Of a DNA stretch of 64,000 bases, positions 63,495 to 64,000 are shown one piece after another. The notes beneath the pieces were generated by a model that worked only from the letters and a program-made list of their open reading frames with translations, searched no databases and had not been told where the DNA came from. Source of the stretch: Gemmatimonadota bacterium (lineage in GTDB: Bacteria; Gemmatimonadota; Gemmatimonadetes; Longimicrobiales; Gaopeijiaceae); assembly GCA_007130605.1 (NCBI GenBank), contig SLSF01000032.1, forward strand, positions 3,482 through 67,481, given 5' to 3'. The translations under genes were made by a program, and so were the position numbers. Position 1 is the stretch's first letter. Each line of letters starts with the position of its first letter.

Positions 63495-63592
63495 GTTCGT
63501 TCCCTCGGAACAAGGGAGGCGCTGCCAAGAAACTTGCAAATACCCCGAGATGGTGAAATTTTCGCAGGACGCTCGCGGGGGAGGGAACGAAC
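63495..63592. promoter_or_regulatory. Perfect 12-bp inverted repeat pair bracketing an AT-rich promoter-like segment
   Basis: GTTCGTTCCCTC (63495-63506) and GAGGGAACGAAC (63581-63592) are separated by 74 nt. The spacer contains TTGCAA-N17-AATTTT (63534-63562). The site lies in the divergent region between 63431 and 63664. Confidence 0.3.
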
Positions 63593-63663
63593 TGGGGTGG
63601 CCGCAGCGAGAGCGCGAGGGCGCCTGCGTCCTCCGGAATCATTCCTCGAACAGGGAGAAAGCC

Positions 63664-64000
63664 ATGTCCAGATGGAGCACGAATCGCCGGATCGATGCGG
63701 GAAGGCTCACCCTTCTCGCAGGGGTGGGGGCCGCACTGGTCCTCGTGGGAGGGTGCGAGAGCGAAGAGGCGCACACCTCGGAAGACGCCATGGGCACCCC
63801 GTCCGCCGCGGCCGAGTCCCCGACCCTGCGCTACGGCACCCCCCTGGCGGTTCCGGGAGGCACGGTCCGCACCTACCTCCTGGAGGAGGGCGACCGGACC
63901 CTCGAGGTGGGCATCGCCATCGACGAGGGCGTCATGAATCACCTCCCCGATGTGGAGGACCCGCTCATGACCATCCTTCCCGACGGCCATGCCCTCATCG
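63664..64000 (+). CDS. Lipoprotein, hypothetical (5' fragment running off the window)
   Basis: Manual translation from ATG 63664 gives MSRWSTNRRIDAGRLTLLAGVGAALVLVGGCESEE...TLRYGTPLAVPGGTVRTYLLEEGDRTLEVGIAIDEGVMNHLPD. It has a lipobox (LVGGC), strong GC3 bias, and is open to the window end. Confidence 0.45.
   Translation, partial: MSRWSTNRRIDAGRLTLLAGVGAALVLVGGCESEEAHTSEDAMGTPSAAAESPTLRYGTPLAVPGGTVRTYLLEEGDRTLEVGIAIDEGVMNHLPDVEDPLMTILPDGHALI

Overview
The window is 64 kb of very GC-rich bacterial chromosome. Third codon positions are almost all G/C, so every real gene is shadowed by long, spurious R/P/G-rich ORFs in other frames. Coding density is high, and I call about 50 genes. Many adjacent genes overlap by 1-4 nt (ATGA/GTGA/TTGA), which suggests operons. 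The lipobox lipoproteins and outer-membrane beta-barrels indicate a diderm. The gene content (CarboxypepD_reg-type TonB receptors, giant M14 peptidases, Big_2/Big_1 surface proteins) looks Gemmatimonadota-like, but that is inference only.

Main contents:
- A housekeeping operon on the minus strand: pepA, an OM barrel, yicC, gmk, rpoZ, coaBC.
- An Fe3+ ABC importer (binding protein and permease only).
- A tandem USP, a GAF hybrid histidine kinase, MutT, and TetR plus MarC.
- A PPTase, an ImuB-like inactive Y-family polymerase with a coupled small ORF, PCD, a GT4 glycosyltransferase and a phosphoesterase.
- A TonB-type receptor.
- A five-gene envelope-signalling cassette: TPR protein, Big_2 lipoprotein, a 1151-aa Ig-repeat lipoprotein, FHA-PP2C and a Ser/Thr kinase with an RCC1 propeller.
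- RidA, serA with a serB-like gene, and glpQ.
- An unusually dense set of secreted peptidases (M17, S10, metzincin, three M14-like, M16, DUF1028).

I saw no rRNA, tRNA, CRISPR/cas, integrase or transposase ORF.

The most unusual signals are non-coding:
1. An 18-bp palindrome family, TGTAGCG-N4-CGCTACA (REP-like, with a GTAG head), is found only in intergenic DNA.
2. One copy appears to have been split by a 900-bp ORF-less insertion (20941-21840). The insertion has 12/13-bp terminal inverted repeats and a GTAAAC direct duplication. It lies between two convergent genes and is packed with hairpin and repeat modules.

The kinase/phosphatase/giant-adhesin cassette is the best protein-level candidate for an undescribed system.
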